A DNA stretch of 57,633 nt, the filler included, from Dugesia japonica (Eukaryota): assembly GCA_001938525.1 (NCBI GenBank). It is 5 parts of 5 records of this genome, joined end to end, with 100 filler letters (N's around TTAATTAATTAA, not from the genome) between each part and the next. Parts side by side here need not be neighbours in the genome. Positions count along the whole stretch, not along the records: positions 33,276 to 42,590 come from MQRL01506829.1; positions 42,691 to 57,633 come from MQRL01644071.1; 3 more parts are not named here. One strand, written 5' to 3'. Below the pieces are notes generated by a model. The model did not search any database. It was given only the letters and a program-made list of their open reading frames with translations, and was not told where the DNA came from. Within the stretch, counting starts at the first letter, position 1. Each line of letters starts with the position of its first letter. The translations under genes and the position numbers were made by a program. Of this stretch, positions 38,690 to 51,000 are shown one piece after another.

Positions 38690-39187
38690 CTGAATGAAAA
38701 TTATAAAATAAAATCATCAATTTATAATGATAACACGTTTTATGAAATATTCTATTGATTTTGTCCATGAATTTCTATAATTATATATTTGATAGAAAAT
38801 TCATAACTGACGGATAGTGTTTGTAGTGAATTATTAATACGTTGAAAGAATCACTAGATTTTTATTACTATTAATAACTGAGAGTTCTTTTAATGTAACA
38901 AAATTAAGAAAAAAAACCAAATATCAATCATAATTTTACAATAAATAAAAAGTATTCTAGTTAAAATATTAAAAATATTTTAATACAAATTATTAGGTAA
39001 AATGTTTTTGTAAAAAATGGTTTTTATGCAGTTTTTTATGTGAGTTATATTATTCAATTCTTCTTAATTATTCAGTAGTATGTGATTTTACTGATGAGCT
39101 GATATAATCAAGTCTGACAAAGAATTTATGTTTTTTTTAATGGATGTGTTTATAATTTGCTAAAGAAAAATTTTACAATTATTAATA

Positions 39188-40599
39188 TTAGGTTGGTAAA
39201 TAAGTTCCCGCGTTTCGTTTATTTTGTTTTTTATCGCCATTTTATGGCTTGTTTGGCAAAGTGTTTATGTTTATTTGAAATTGCTTATTTTCATGAACTT
39301 TCATCTTATCATCATGTTTCTCAATAATTTGATTCTACTTATCTTTACAGCTCTACAAATCGAAATTTCAAGCAGTAAAAAAGTTTACTTTTGGCATTTG
39401 CTTTATTTTGCCTTTCATCGTGGTCAAAAAGCTACGGAAGTGGTACGAAACATTTGCGACATGTATGGAGATAATGCCATAGTTGCGATGACTCCTTAAG
39501 ATTGCTATAATAATTTCAAAAATGATCATTTTGAGCTCGATGGCTAGCCCGGCTCTTATCGACCATCCAAATTTGACGAGGAACGCCTTCGAGTGCTTTT
39601 AAAGGAGGATGGCCACTAAACAACAGGAAAATCGGGCGAGAAGAAGGACTGAACTTATCCTCAGCCTCTATGTCAATATGAGGCAGCGGAAGGTGTGGGT
39701 AACTAAGGGAGTCACGTCAAAGTCAAGAGTAAAAAAAGGCTTCATTCCAAGAAGACAATGATATGTGTCTTCTGGGAGTAAGTGGGTAGTGGTGCACTGA
39801 GCCTACTCCGCCGACATAAGAAGATTAACTAATCCTTGTGTATTCAGTTGAGAAAATATTTTTCATAATATTATGCAATCGGATAAACAATAAAAATAAT
39901 TAATGATTTCTAATTTGATTTTTAATTTGATTTCAGACAATGCTTTCGACTAAATTAATAAGAGTTTTTAGGTTATAGATATTTTAAAATTTTAGTTTTT
40001 TCAGGCTTTTCAGTTAAGAGAATTTTTACGTAATATTTCGTAATCTGATTAAGTTGCTGAGAAATTTTATACAGTGGCTTGGATTTTTCATACAATTTTT
40101 ACATAATCGGATTAAGTGGTAAANNNNNNNNNNNNNNNNNNNNNNNNNNNNNNNNNTTTTAATGGGATTTTTCAATGAAAACGTCTTTTAAATTTTAAAT
40201 GTTTAAATTTTCAATTTTTAAATTTTATAATTCAACTTTTTGTCTGAATCCGTTCGAACAACCCAAATTTTTAAAAATAAAAATTTGTCAAAAAAATTAT
40301 TTTTCAACGAAACTTAAATTACCATGTCTATTCGAAAGAGAATTTTACATTGATCATTATGGTCAAAACCTAAAATCGTGAAATTTTATTCTTGATTAAA
40401 TAAACGAAATTTGGTCTCCATAAATCACAAATAAAAATCAAAAATAAAATTATCTCAAATGTGATCATCAACCTTCCTATTCGATAGAGAAATTTTCTCT
40501 GATCAAAAACAATATTACTAAAATAATACTAAAATAATAGTTGGTTTTTTCTATAAAACCTATTAATAAAAAAACGCGAGAACCTATTTACCAGCCTAA
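39188..40599 (+). mobile_element. Internally deleted mariner with both TIRs and foreign filler DNA
   Basis: TA-TTAGGTTGGTAAATAAGTTCCCGCG / CGCGAGAACCTATTTACCAGCCTAA-TA; HLLYFAFHRGQKATEVVRNICDMYG; LHSKKTMICVFW. Confidence 0.88.
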
Positions 40600-40653
40600 T
40601 AGATAAGTGTGCCAATTTAAAACTTATATACTCAAAGCAGCTATTATTATAAA

Positions 40654-40714
<61 letters not shown>

Positions 40715-40764
40715 NNNNNNNNNNNNNNNNNNNNNNNNNNNNNNNNNNNNNNNNNNNNNNNNNN

Positions 40765-40822
<58 letters not shown>

Positions 40823-41445
40823 GATTATTAATTATTATAATTTTACATTTAAAATAATTAATCTTGAGTGGTTTCATATTATTTTGCAATGGAAAATAGG
40901 TTTTATATTTTTATAATACAATGAAGTTTATCTTTGTTAACATGTAAAAACCAGTACTAGAACTAGACCTTCTAGAGTTCCAAGCGAAAACATTTTTAAG
41001 TACTCACAAGTACCTTCATTTTTGAAAACTATACTTTACAAAATTTCCTAAAGTTTTCTATAATATGTTTTCATACATATTATGCACTGTTTGCATTGTT
41101 ATTAAAAATTGAATTTACTGAATTTAATTGACGATATTTTTATTCATAAATTCAATGCACAATAAATTTCTGACATAACCTATTCTATTATTTGAAGGTA
41201 TTTCAGAGAAATAAATATTTGACCTTGTTCGAAGTATACCAGTTTAATAAATATTATCAGATAAATAATCTCTTTAGATGTTGGCAATTCAATTAAAAAA
41301 TAAAGCAATTTTTTTAAATTCGGGAAATTTTTGGTTGGTTACTATAAGTCGTTTAAGTATTATCAATGCTGATTCTTTGCTTTACAATTTTAAAATTAAT
41401 TACAAATATCACAAAATAATTTCATTTGTTGAAAATCAAGTACTT

Positions 41446-42372
41446 ATAACTTAGCTGCCTTCCACAAGTACACAGTATGTATTATCTTTTTTTTATTATT
41501 TATCGATGTTATCATATTATCAATTTTTTTATAAATTTACTTTCTTGCTCTAAATACAAAATGAATTTTTTGAATTTATCAGCACAATGCGACACGGTAG
41601 AAAATACTGTACGATTTCTTCAGCAAAGAGGAATTATCCATGCAAATGGTTAATGTAAAAATAATCATGCTATGGTACTTAGTTTTCGTGTTCAGAATAA
41701 AAGGAAATGTAGGCGTGATTGCAGGCTAAAGAAAGGTTTAAGGAATAGGATTGTTGCATAGCTTAAATGTTCCAGAAGTGTGTGCAACTCATCTACTGGC
41801 CCGAATACAAAAGAGGAAATCGGGGAAAGTTTATTCTCAAGACGGAAGAATCATGACTGTCAAGTTTTCCCTCAACAATGGCTCTTTGGTGGCATCTGCA
41901 AGGAAACTAAAGAATCGTTTTTATTTACTGTACCTGATAGAGGTGTTGCAACCTTGATGCCCATAATCATTCAAATTAATTTACTTGGAACTACAATTAT
42001 TTCAGATGAATAGATGACATATAATCAACTGATTAACCAAGGGTTCCATCACCATACAGTTAACCANTCACTGAATTTTTTTGATCCTAATACAGGTGCT
42101 CCACGTAAAATATAGAGAGGATGTGGCGAAGTTCCAAGGAAAGAAATAAGTGAACCTACGGAACAAGCAGAGCAATAATTGATTCTTATATGTGTGAATA
42201 CATGTGGATGGAACGTCCACAAAATTTGAATCCGTTTGATTCAATTCTTGAGTACATTTTAAACTTTTGGCCTCAAAATTAAAGAGTACTTTGTTTCATT
42301 TCATATCTTCATTATAAGTTTCTTATATAATTCTTAAGTTTTGTAATTACAAGTGGGTGGGAGCTAAGTACC
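41446..42372 (+). mobile_element. Merlin (ISXO2/IS1016-like) transposon, decayed
   Basis: EIGESLFSRRKNH...QQWLFGGI...VPDR..ATLMPII...GTTIISDE...HHTVN.S.NFFDPNTGA; degenerate TIRs ACTTAGCTGCCTTCCAC / GTGGGTGGGAGCTAAGT. Confidence 0.9.
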
Positions 42373-43019
42373 GAAAATTGTTTTATTATTTCAAAAATCT
42401 ATTCATTTCATAATCAAATGGTTTAATAATTCGCTAATTATTTGATTTGTTTGTAAATCGACCAATTTATTCGAATATTGAATTTGATAATGCCAAATTA
42501 TTGTTTTTATTTAATAAATTAAATAAATATTTTTTAAAATATTTATTTGCTATCAATTTCGACGGAATAACCGTCATCGTCAGGCAATTANNNNNNNNNN
42601 NNNNNNNNNNNNNNNNNNNNNNNNNNNNNNNNNNTTAATTAATTAANNNNNNNNNNNNNNNNNNNNNNNNNNNNNNNNNNNNNNNNNNNNACAACATCAA
42701 AAGCCTAGCAACCCAACAAAAATAACAGTCATTAAATTCTGAAAAAGTTATCGATACCTTACATATGGAAACCAATTTAAATAGAAATATTCAATTTTCA
42801 TACTAAAGACTGTTTTCATTTGTAAATCATCATTAACAGAATTTTGAAATAAGCTTGTCCTACGTCTATAGACGAAAAAATGGTTAATACTTTTAAAATA
42901 TTTAAAAGTAGGTTTATATCAAGTATCAGAAATGAGTTTTTTCAGTTAATTAGTTCAATCGTCTAAAATCAAAACGAATTAGGATAGTACCATCCCTTTT
43001 TAGTAACATATTTTAATGA

Positions 43020-43400
43020 CGTCTTAACACGACCACAAGTCATATTTTGTGTTTTATCAAATGTGTGCGTCCTACATCTTATTTATCTTACATGAAAACA
43101 TCTTCTTTATTTCCATTTATGTCTAATTATCGCTGATCGTCTTTAATTTCAGAATACTTAAAGTTCTTGTCAATCGCTCTTTCTTTTTAGCTTGTCTCCA
43201 AATATTTTCTTCAATATTACAAATGTAATTGTTGACTTTTTCATTAGTTTTACTGTCCACTTTCTGTACAAGCTGGTATCCAAAAGTCTTCTGCACATCT
43301 ATTCCTCCAATCAATTCCGGTGTCACTCTTTTTGTAACTAAGAAAGTAATGGCATCAATTTTCACTCCAGTTCTAACTTTCCCAACAATTTCACTAATGG
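43020..43400 (-). mobile_element. Gypsy pol remnant (protease C-terminal half to pre-RT)
   Basis: IVGKV...FLVTKRVTPELIGGIDVQKTFG and DVGRTHLIKHKI, the latter similar to DIRCTHLTKHSI in 13578-13883. Confidence 0.7.
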
Positions 43401-43744
43401 AGGGTTATAGAAATAGAATTGGTGAAATTAAATTTTAATTATTTGCAAAATTAATTAAAATTTTATATTCTAACGAAAATTGTGGGTAAAAATCTATGAA
43501 AATTTGAGGTAATAGTTGCTTGAAAGTCAAAACAAAATTTTATTATTTATTAATATATTAAATATTAATTACGTACAATATCTACATATTTAATGTAGTC
43601 ACTATTTGTTTATAATGATTTTGTTATAAAATCTTTTCAAGCACTTTTGAATTTTTATTAATAATATTGATTGCTATAAGGTAGTATACTACCATTGCTT
43701 ATAAAGTCTTATAATAAATTAAAAATACTTTTTCAATTTTGATA

Positions 43745-44637
43745 ATGCTAAATTTTTTAAGAAAGGAAGTTAAATTTAATTCAAAATTCTGTAATTTAAG
43801 TCTGATAATTTTATTATTTGTTATTCAATATTTATCCTAGTTCGTAAATTATTTATACAAACATATGATACACCAAATCCTAACAGCATTAAATTCTTTC
43901 CCGGGAAAAAAATTCTTGAGAGTAGTACTATAGATTTTCCTTCAATTAAAACTGCGAAATCATCTCCTTTAGCTAGGTATTTTAATCATATCAATATACT
44001 TTGTTAAAATAACTTTAGACAACTTTTTACAATTTCCAATGTTAAATCAGTTTTCTTTGGATCAGATTTTGTAACGATAACTAAAGTACATTTTGTTAAA
44101 CCAATTCCAAAATTTATTTACACTAGACTGATATCGGTGATTGGTCAATTTTAAAACCTGAAATTTATGCTGTTCTAATGGACTTCTTTCAATCTAATGC
44201 ACCAGTAATTTTAGATAATAAAAAAGACGGTAAGAAGTTACGAAAAAGTGAAATTTTTTAATTTTAATTTTTAAGAAATAATTGATGATTCCAATGAAGA
44301 TGAAACAGTTATTATGATAAAGGAATTACTTGACAGTAGAATAAGGCCAACTGTTCAGGAAGATGGCGGAGATATTGTATTCATGGTAAATTAATTAAAT
44401 ATTACAAAGTTATATCAATTTAAGGACTTCAAAGATGGCATAGTTTATCTTAAATTACAAGGAGCATGCACCAGTTGTCCAAGTTCAATAGTAACTCTTA
44501 AAAATGGTGTACAAAATATGCTACAATTTTATATACCTGAAGTACAAGGTGTAGAACAAGTCGAAGATGAAATTGATAAAATATCAGATGAAATGTTTAA
44601 TAAAGTTAATGACAACATTGAAAAGAATAAAAAATAA
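43745..44637 (+). CDS. NFU1: NFU1 iron-sulfur cluster scaffold, mitochondrial (exons 43745-43790, 43841-43976, 44019-44085, 44127-44229, 44276-44385, 44425-44637)
   Basis: In-phase GT-AG exons give [19 protein letters not shown]...[20 protein letters not shown]...[32 protein letters not shown] with the CxxC motif. First exon is less certain. Confidence 0.97.
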
Positions 44638-44672
44638 TGAATAGCTTTATTTTCTTTTATAACAGTCAATAG

Positions 44673-46531
44673 TCAAGCATTAGATATTTGATTTGATGGT
44701 GAATTGGAACCAACTGAAGGTGTTCCGTGAGGAACATTACTCGATAATAAATTCATATTTGGAATTGGTTTCGATAAAATAGCTCCTTAATAAAAATAAA
44801 TGTTCATTATTTATAAAATTGAATACTTGAGTCGCTTATACCGTCATTTGACGATTCTATTTGTTTCAATAATTTCATTAACCATCCTTGAGTAGTTACA
44901 TCATCCTTTAATATTTCATTTAATGAATTATCCCTTAATGGATCTGGAAGAACTTGACAAAGTGCTTTTCTAGCTCTACAGATTAAATTAAACAAAGTAC
45001 AATTTTAAGAAGTAATTAATTAATTTAAAGGAAAAGTGAAATTTTAATAATCTGCAAACTACGATCAACAAAATTTACTTTAAACCCTCGAATACGGTCT
45101 CCTACTTCACAAACGTCTTTATTATTTTTGTTTTTAGTGGACATAACTTTATATAATTTCGATATTTATTTTATACGCAAAGTTGTTTTTAGATACTTGT
45201 ACAAATATGTATTGCATTCATATCAATTATCTGAAGTATCTACAATCCCCATATTTATCTTTAGTTATTGCTTTACTGAAACCACCTTTAACTTATACAG
45301 TGATACACAGAAAGAGACAGCTAGTGTGAATGCAAATAAGCAACGAAGAAAAAAATTTTAATCATGCCAAAATTACATTCGATATGCTCTAAATACCTAA
45401 AAATTCAGCGATTATCAAATCGGACAATATCAATATCGGACAATTATCAAATCGGTGTGAACAATATTAATAATATTGCATATCTAAAACACTTCNGGTG
45501 CGGGCACTCAGGAGACCGTATTTGAGGGTTAATTATTGATTCATTGAATGATTTAATTACTAAAATAAGCACTTTTTAATAGAACATTCAGTTATTCTTG
45601 TCTGTCAACAATAACTGTAGTAAATACAACTCATTTTAACATTAAGCATACTTCGGATTATCAGCCAGCCTTAAATAACATCTGACAACATGCTTCAATA
45701 ATCTTTGAGAAGGTTCTTTTACAAGATTAATAACCATTTTCCCTAAAATTGTAGCGACATGTGCAAATCGCTCGTAAGTTTGACAAATGTAAGCGAGACC
45801 AGTATCATCAAGAAGAATTTTCTGCATAATAAAGGTAGCAACCTAAATTTAGAAATCAATGAAATACGTATTTAATAAAAAAAATTACTGTTTTACTTAA
45901 TTCACTTCCAGATTCCATTATTTTTAAACACAAAGGTATTATTTCTGAATGTAACAAAAATGTTATTACTTCATCTTCATCTGTTTTGACAAGAGCCCCA
46001 ATTACACCTAAACTTGTCAATCTTAAATACTCAAAAGGTCTAGTTTTAGATGATGTATGCAAAAATGGATATAGATAAAGGGGAATGCTAGTTTGAAGAA
46101 ACTTTGATCTTGTTTCAGAATGAGACGCTACACACTGTAACAATGCTAGAGCATTACATGCTCTGTTTGATTGATGAGCCTAAATCATAGAAAATAAAAT
46201 ATACTTTAAAAACTAAATACAGATAAATTTGGGGGTGTTAAATACGGATATATAGCACATATTTCTTGTAGTAAAGCAGCAATGCCACCGAATGATGTCC
46301 ACAGTAAAGGAGCTAATTGTGGAACAAATTCCCTTTTTTTACTAAAAATGAATTAATCCAAACAATTCAAATACATAAAATTCACCATAACTCCAATAAT
46401 GCAGTTTCCCTAGTTTCCAAAACATTTAAATCTTTTATCCATTGAAAAATATTTTCTTTATCCTGATTAGTAAGGCTTATATTAGAAGAAGCTGAAATTG
46501 ATGGTTGTGAATTTAGCTGATTAATTGCCAT
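44673..46531 (-). CDS. CNOT9: CCR4-NOT subunit 9 (RCD1/CAF40); exons 46531-46386, 46341-46221, 46179-45889, 45842-45652, 44975 to about 44841, and a probable last exon from about 44785 to 44673
   Basis: [20 protein letters not shown]...[19 protein letters not shown]...[33 protein letters not shown]...[15 protein letters not shown]; splice phases consistent. Last intron is inferred; the alternative stop is at 44807. Confidence 0.97.
45085..45528. mobile_element. piggyBac-type MITE in CNOT9 intron 4
   Basis: 19-bp TIRs CCCTCGAATACGGTCTCCT / AGGAGACCGTATTTGAGGG (1 mismatch); TTAA on the right, TAAA on the left. Confidence 0.8.
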
Positions 46532-48049
46532 TATTTTTAGTAAAATTTATATTAAATAATATATTTAAACAAGCGACTCTCTGAATATAGTTTTTTTATA
46601 AACTATTTATTACTTAAAAATTCTTTTTTGATTCTTTTTTTATTCTTAAATGTCTTCTTAGTTTGATTGAGCATTAATATATATTTTCATTAAAATATAG
46701 GCTTCGATCAATTTTTTTTGCTTTTGAAAATAATTTGAATTTACGACTTAGTCTTCAACAGAAATTGATTCTTTTATTTTGAATTTTGATCAAAGCTTAT
46801 ATTTTAAGGAATTCTGTAAAACGATGGTTATGTCTCGCAATAATTGTCATATATATATATATATATATATCAAAAGAAACATTCTACTAAAGAAACCTTA
46901 ATTATATATAATGCTTACTTTGCTGTCATCTAAAGAATAAGTAACAATTGAAACATGAATAAAAGTATAATTATCAATCTATCCCATGACTCATATATTA
47001 AATTTAATACTCTTGTATATATTGAATAAACACTAAACTGATCACGTTACCAAGACACTGTGAACAAAAAGCAGAAGTTTGAAATATTAAATATATATCA
47101 CCAGTGTTTAAGCCAGTGCAGTCCAACAAAACTCTATTTTATACATGGTATAAGCAAAAATACCACATCATCTCACTAGGAGAAAAGAATATTTAAAGAA
47201 ATATTACAAAGTTTCTCTGCCATATGCAGAAAAACTTTAAAGCCATCATGTAAATTTTATCACTTTATAAGTGAGCCAGTTAAATATTTAATTTTTATTG
47301 CTACAAAAAACTATCACTATCAACTATTTACTTAAACACGCTTCTTATCGACTATAAGACTTTTAAGTTTGAATGGGTAATTGTTGAATAAATAATACAT
47401 TATAATATTAATAATACATACGATCCAAATATGCAAAATGAAATGGATAGGAAATTGTTTAAATGGCTTTGTAAATAGAATTGTTGGGTATTGTGAAATA
47501 TAAAATATATCACGATTTATTTTAATTACAACCTTTTAGTTATATATTTAAACAATAAAACTATGATCTATATAATTTGCAAAATTATAGAGATCATATA
47601 ATGATTTCTCGAGAAGTCTACAAATCATATTCCCGAGAATCTTGAGAATATAAAAAGTTCAGGAAAACAGAAACTCTATTCATGTCAATTATTATTATCT
47701 TTATTATACTTATCATTATTATTGCAATTGTTTGGGAGAATAATACTACTACTACNNNNNNNNNNNNNNNNNNNNNNNNNNNNNNNNNNNNATTAACTGG
47801 CTCTCGTGTTCTAGTCTAACATATGCTACATGAAATAATTGGACAAGATTTGATATATTTGTAGGATTCCTGGTGATATATAGGTTCTAGAAACAAAATG
47901 ACTCCTATTTAATTATTTGGCGTGTTGGTAGCAGTTATTTATTAAAAAATAATCAATAAATAATAAATTAATAAATAATAAATAATTAATAAATAACGAT
48001 AAATAAACGAAAATAACACTTTTGTTGGGGTTTTATCTAGGTGGGTTTA

Positions 48050-51000
48050 TTTTTTATAATTACGTCTAGGGTGACTGACCTAGTAAAACCCCGCGAAGAA
48101 TTTAATCTGGAGTCCCCAAAAATCCAGATCTTCGGAATGAAGCCGTTGACTCGNAATTCGAGTGGAGACTCGCATCCCTTTGGTTCGCGTTCCTATTTTA
48201 AGACACTCGCTTAGATTACTCCGGCATATATTCTTTACATTATCTTTTTTCTTATTAGTCCTATATCGATTTCAACTTTGGAAAATCGTTTAATAATCTT
48301 TACTATATTAACTAGTTTAGTCTGAATTAATTATGAATTTTTTAGTTTGGTATCAAATTAAATATCCTAAAAACAGAAAAAATAAAATTTTAACAGTGAA
48401 AATTATATTAAAATACCAACATTAACTGACAATTAAAATAATCAATAGAAATAACGTGGTCTGGATCCCGATCAGGAGCAAGCACAATGTCATGATATTC
48501 ATTTTCTCCATGATTAGTGGTGACCCGAGATATCCTCCATAATGTTTCATATCGAAATCAAGTCGGAAATCGTTGCACCGGTAATCAAATACTAAAAATA
48601 ATCGACAACTGTGATAATTGAAAAATTTTCCGTCTAACTTCAGGATTTTCTTGATGAAAAGATTGATTTTTTCGTGAAAATTACATCGGTATTTATACCG
48701 GTTTTCAGATACACCCTCGTTCTTTTTATTCGTCAATTGGAATCGTACGATTTTTCTGACGTTTCCATTTGCTTGAACGTCNNNNNNNNNNNNNNNNNNN
48801 NNNNNNNNNNNNNNNNNNNNNNNNNNNNNNNNNNNNNNNNNNNNNNNNNNNNNNNNNNNNNNNNNNNNNNNNNNNNNNNNNNNNNNNNNNNNNNNNNNNN
48901 NNCTATTTTTTCTAGTTTCATTACGCCGAGATAAACAAAGGGTATCTTACAAGCCTAGAAAATCCCAACCAAGATTTTAATCTTGGTCAGGCCAGCAAGT
49001 TGCTGTCAAAGAAGAAAACAAAAAGAAAAAGGGATGGAAGCAACAATACATCTATATAATAACAATAACAACAATAATAACAATAATAATAATAACAATA
49101 GCAATAANNNNNNNNNNNNNNNNNNNNNNNNNNNNNNNNNNNNNNNNNNNNNNNNNNAAAAAAATAAGAGGAAAAGAAAGGTGCATTAAGAAATAAATTC
49201 CAGAACGAATTCGCTATTGCCATCAATATGGTCAACATCAACCAACAACGCTTGATCGGAGTGGAAACGCCAGTGCTTTGATGACCAGGCGATACACTTT
49301 CTAACACTACCGATAGAAAATTTCTTGATAGTGTTAGTCTTAAGTCCCACCTGTTTGAGCACAGTTTCTATTTTTTCTTAGTCCATTTTCTTATCTGCCA
49401 ATTTTAACTCCAACGGAAAGTAGTGTATAAATGACGGTTTCCCGACAAGGTTGTATCCTTTCATTTATCTTACAACCTGTCATGGGATAAAATAATGTAT
49501 TATAAATATAAATAAACACTTATCGGGAAACTGTCATTTATACACTACTAGGGTTTTCGGTTGATTTTTGAAAAATAAATATAAAATTAAAAATAAAATT
49601 AAAAATAAACATGGTTAATAGAAATTTAAACATAAATAAAAACATAAACATAAAGAGAAATACAACACCTAAAACCACAACTATAAGTAAAAACACAAAT
49701 GGAAATAAAAATATGATAACTAATAAAATTCAATTACAAGTAAAATTTAAATAAACATTTTTTATTATTAGAAAAATGGAGTTACACAATATAATAGAAA
49801 CAAATCTTAATCTTGATAATAATATTAATTTTCAACATTTATACTTGAAAAATTGTTTGGGTGAAACACTCCGTAGATAAAGAAACAGGGCCCAAAAGGG
49901 GTCAGGAACCGTTAATTATCAATAAAGAAGAAAAGCTGGCGGGAAGGAACTTAGATAATCAAAACCAACAATTTTTTCCATATAACCAATTAAAAGAAAT
50001 TATAAATTAATATAGAAAGGAGAAAGAACATTAATAAATAAAATATTTAATTATGGAGAAATATTAATTTATTAAAGACAGAAAATAAATAAAATTAAAC
50101 CGAAAATTCGTTTATTTCAAATAAATGGGCTCCAGAAAATCAGAAGAGCTCGGCGCAAGAAAATTTCCACAGAAATCCGGGTCGGTCATCGACCAGTTCC
50201 TATCAAAAAACTTTACCATCTTCTAGAAGGTTGCTATAAGGTTCCAAAAATTGGACCAATGAGATGCCTAAAAATAAACATAAAACAAAGACACAATTAT
50301 CATATGCCATTCTAAAAATAACTAACGACCAGAATTCCAGAATTCATAGAAGATTGGCACCAGACCCAATAAAATTTAAATAATTCAAATTAAAAATAAC
50401 CGACCAACAAGAACACAGTCGGGATACAACCAAAATCATATTTAAGCCGCAACAAACTTTGGTGAAAAACCTCACAAAAAATCAATTGACTACTGATATC
50501 TCAGCGTATAAAATTTGAGAAAATACTTGTTGAAAACTTCTACAGTGTAATTACTATTGAAAAGAGAAGAAAATTAATATTCGAAATCCGTTATCGCGCT
50601 ACCCGGAGGATTCAATCGCATCAAAGCATCATAGTAAATTGTCATAAAATTAGTCTTGTTTAATATTAATTTTAAGAAAAAGAAAAGGAGCCATCGAAGA
50701 AAACCGCTGTCCCTCTCAAAATATAACGATTAGTGATAACCCAGACGTAAACGAGGACCGTTGCAGACAGTCTCAAATTAATATTGAAAAGTAATATATC
50801 TTTTTGTTATTGTATATTAAAGTATTAGAAAGTTGTGGAACAGTGTTTATTGCAATAAATTATATTAATTTTTTTTTATTATTATTCAGTTAAGTGAACA
50901 GATAATGAAAACAATGAATATTTACTGAAAAATTTTTTTTCTTTAATAAGCATCCATTAAAAAACAAATTTTTGCAACGTCAGTATATTTTAACTTCTTC

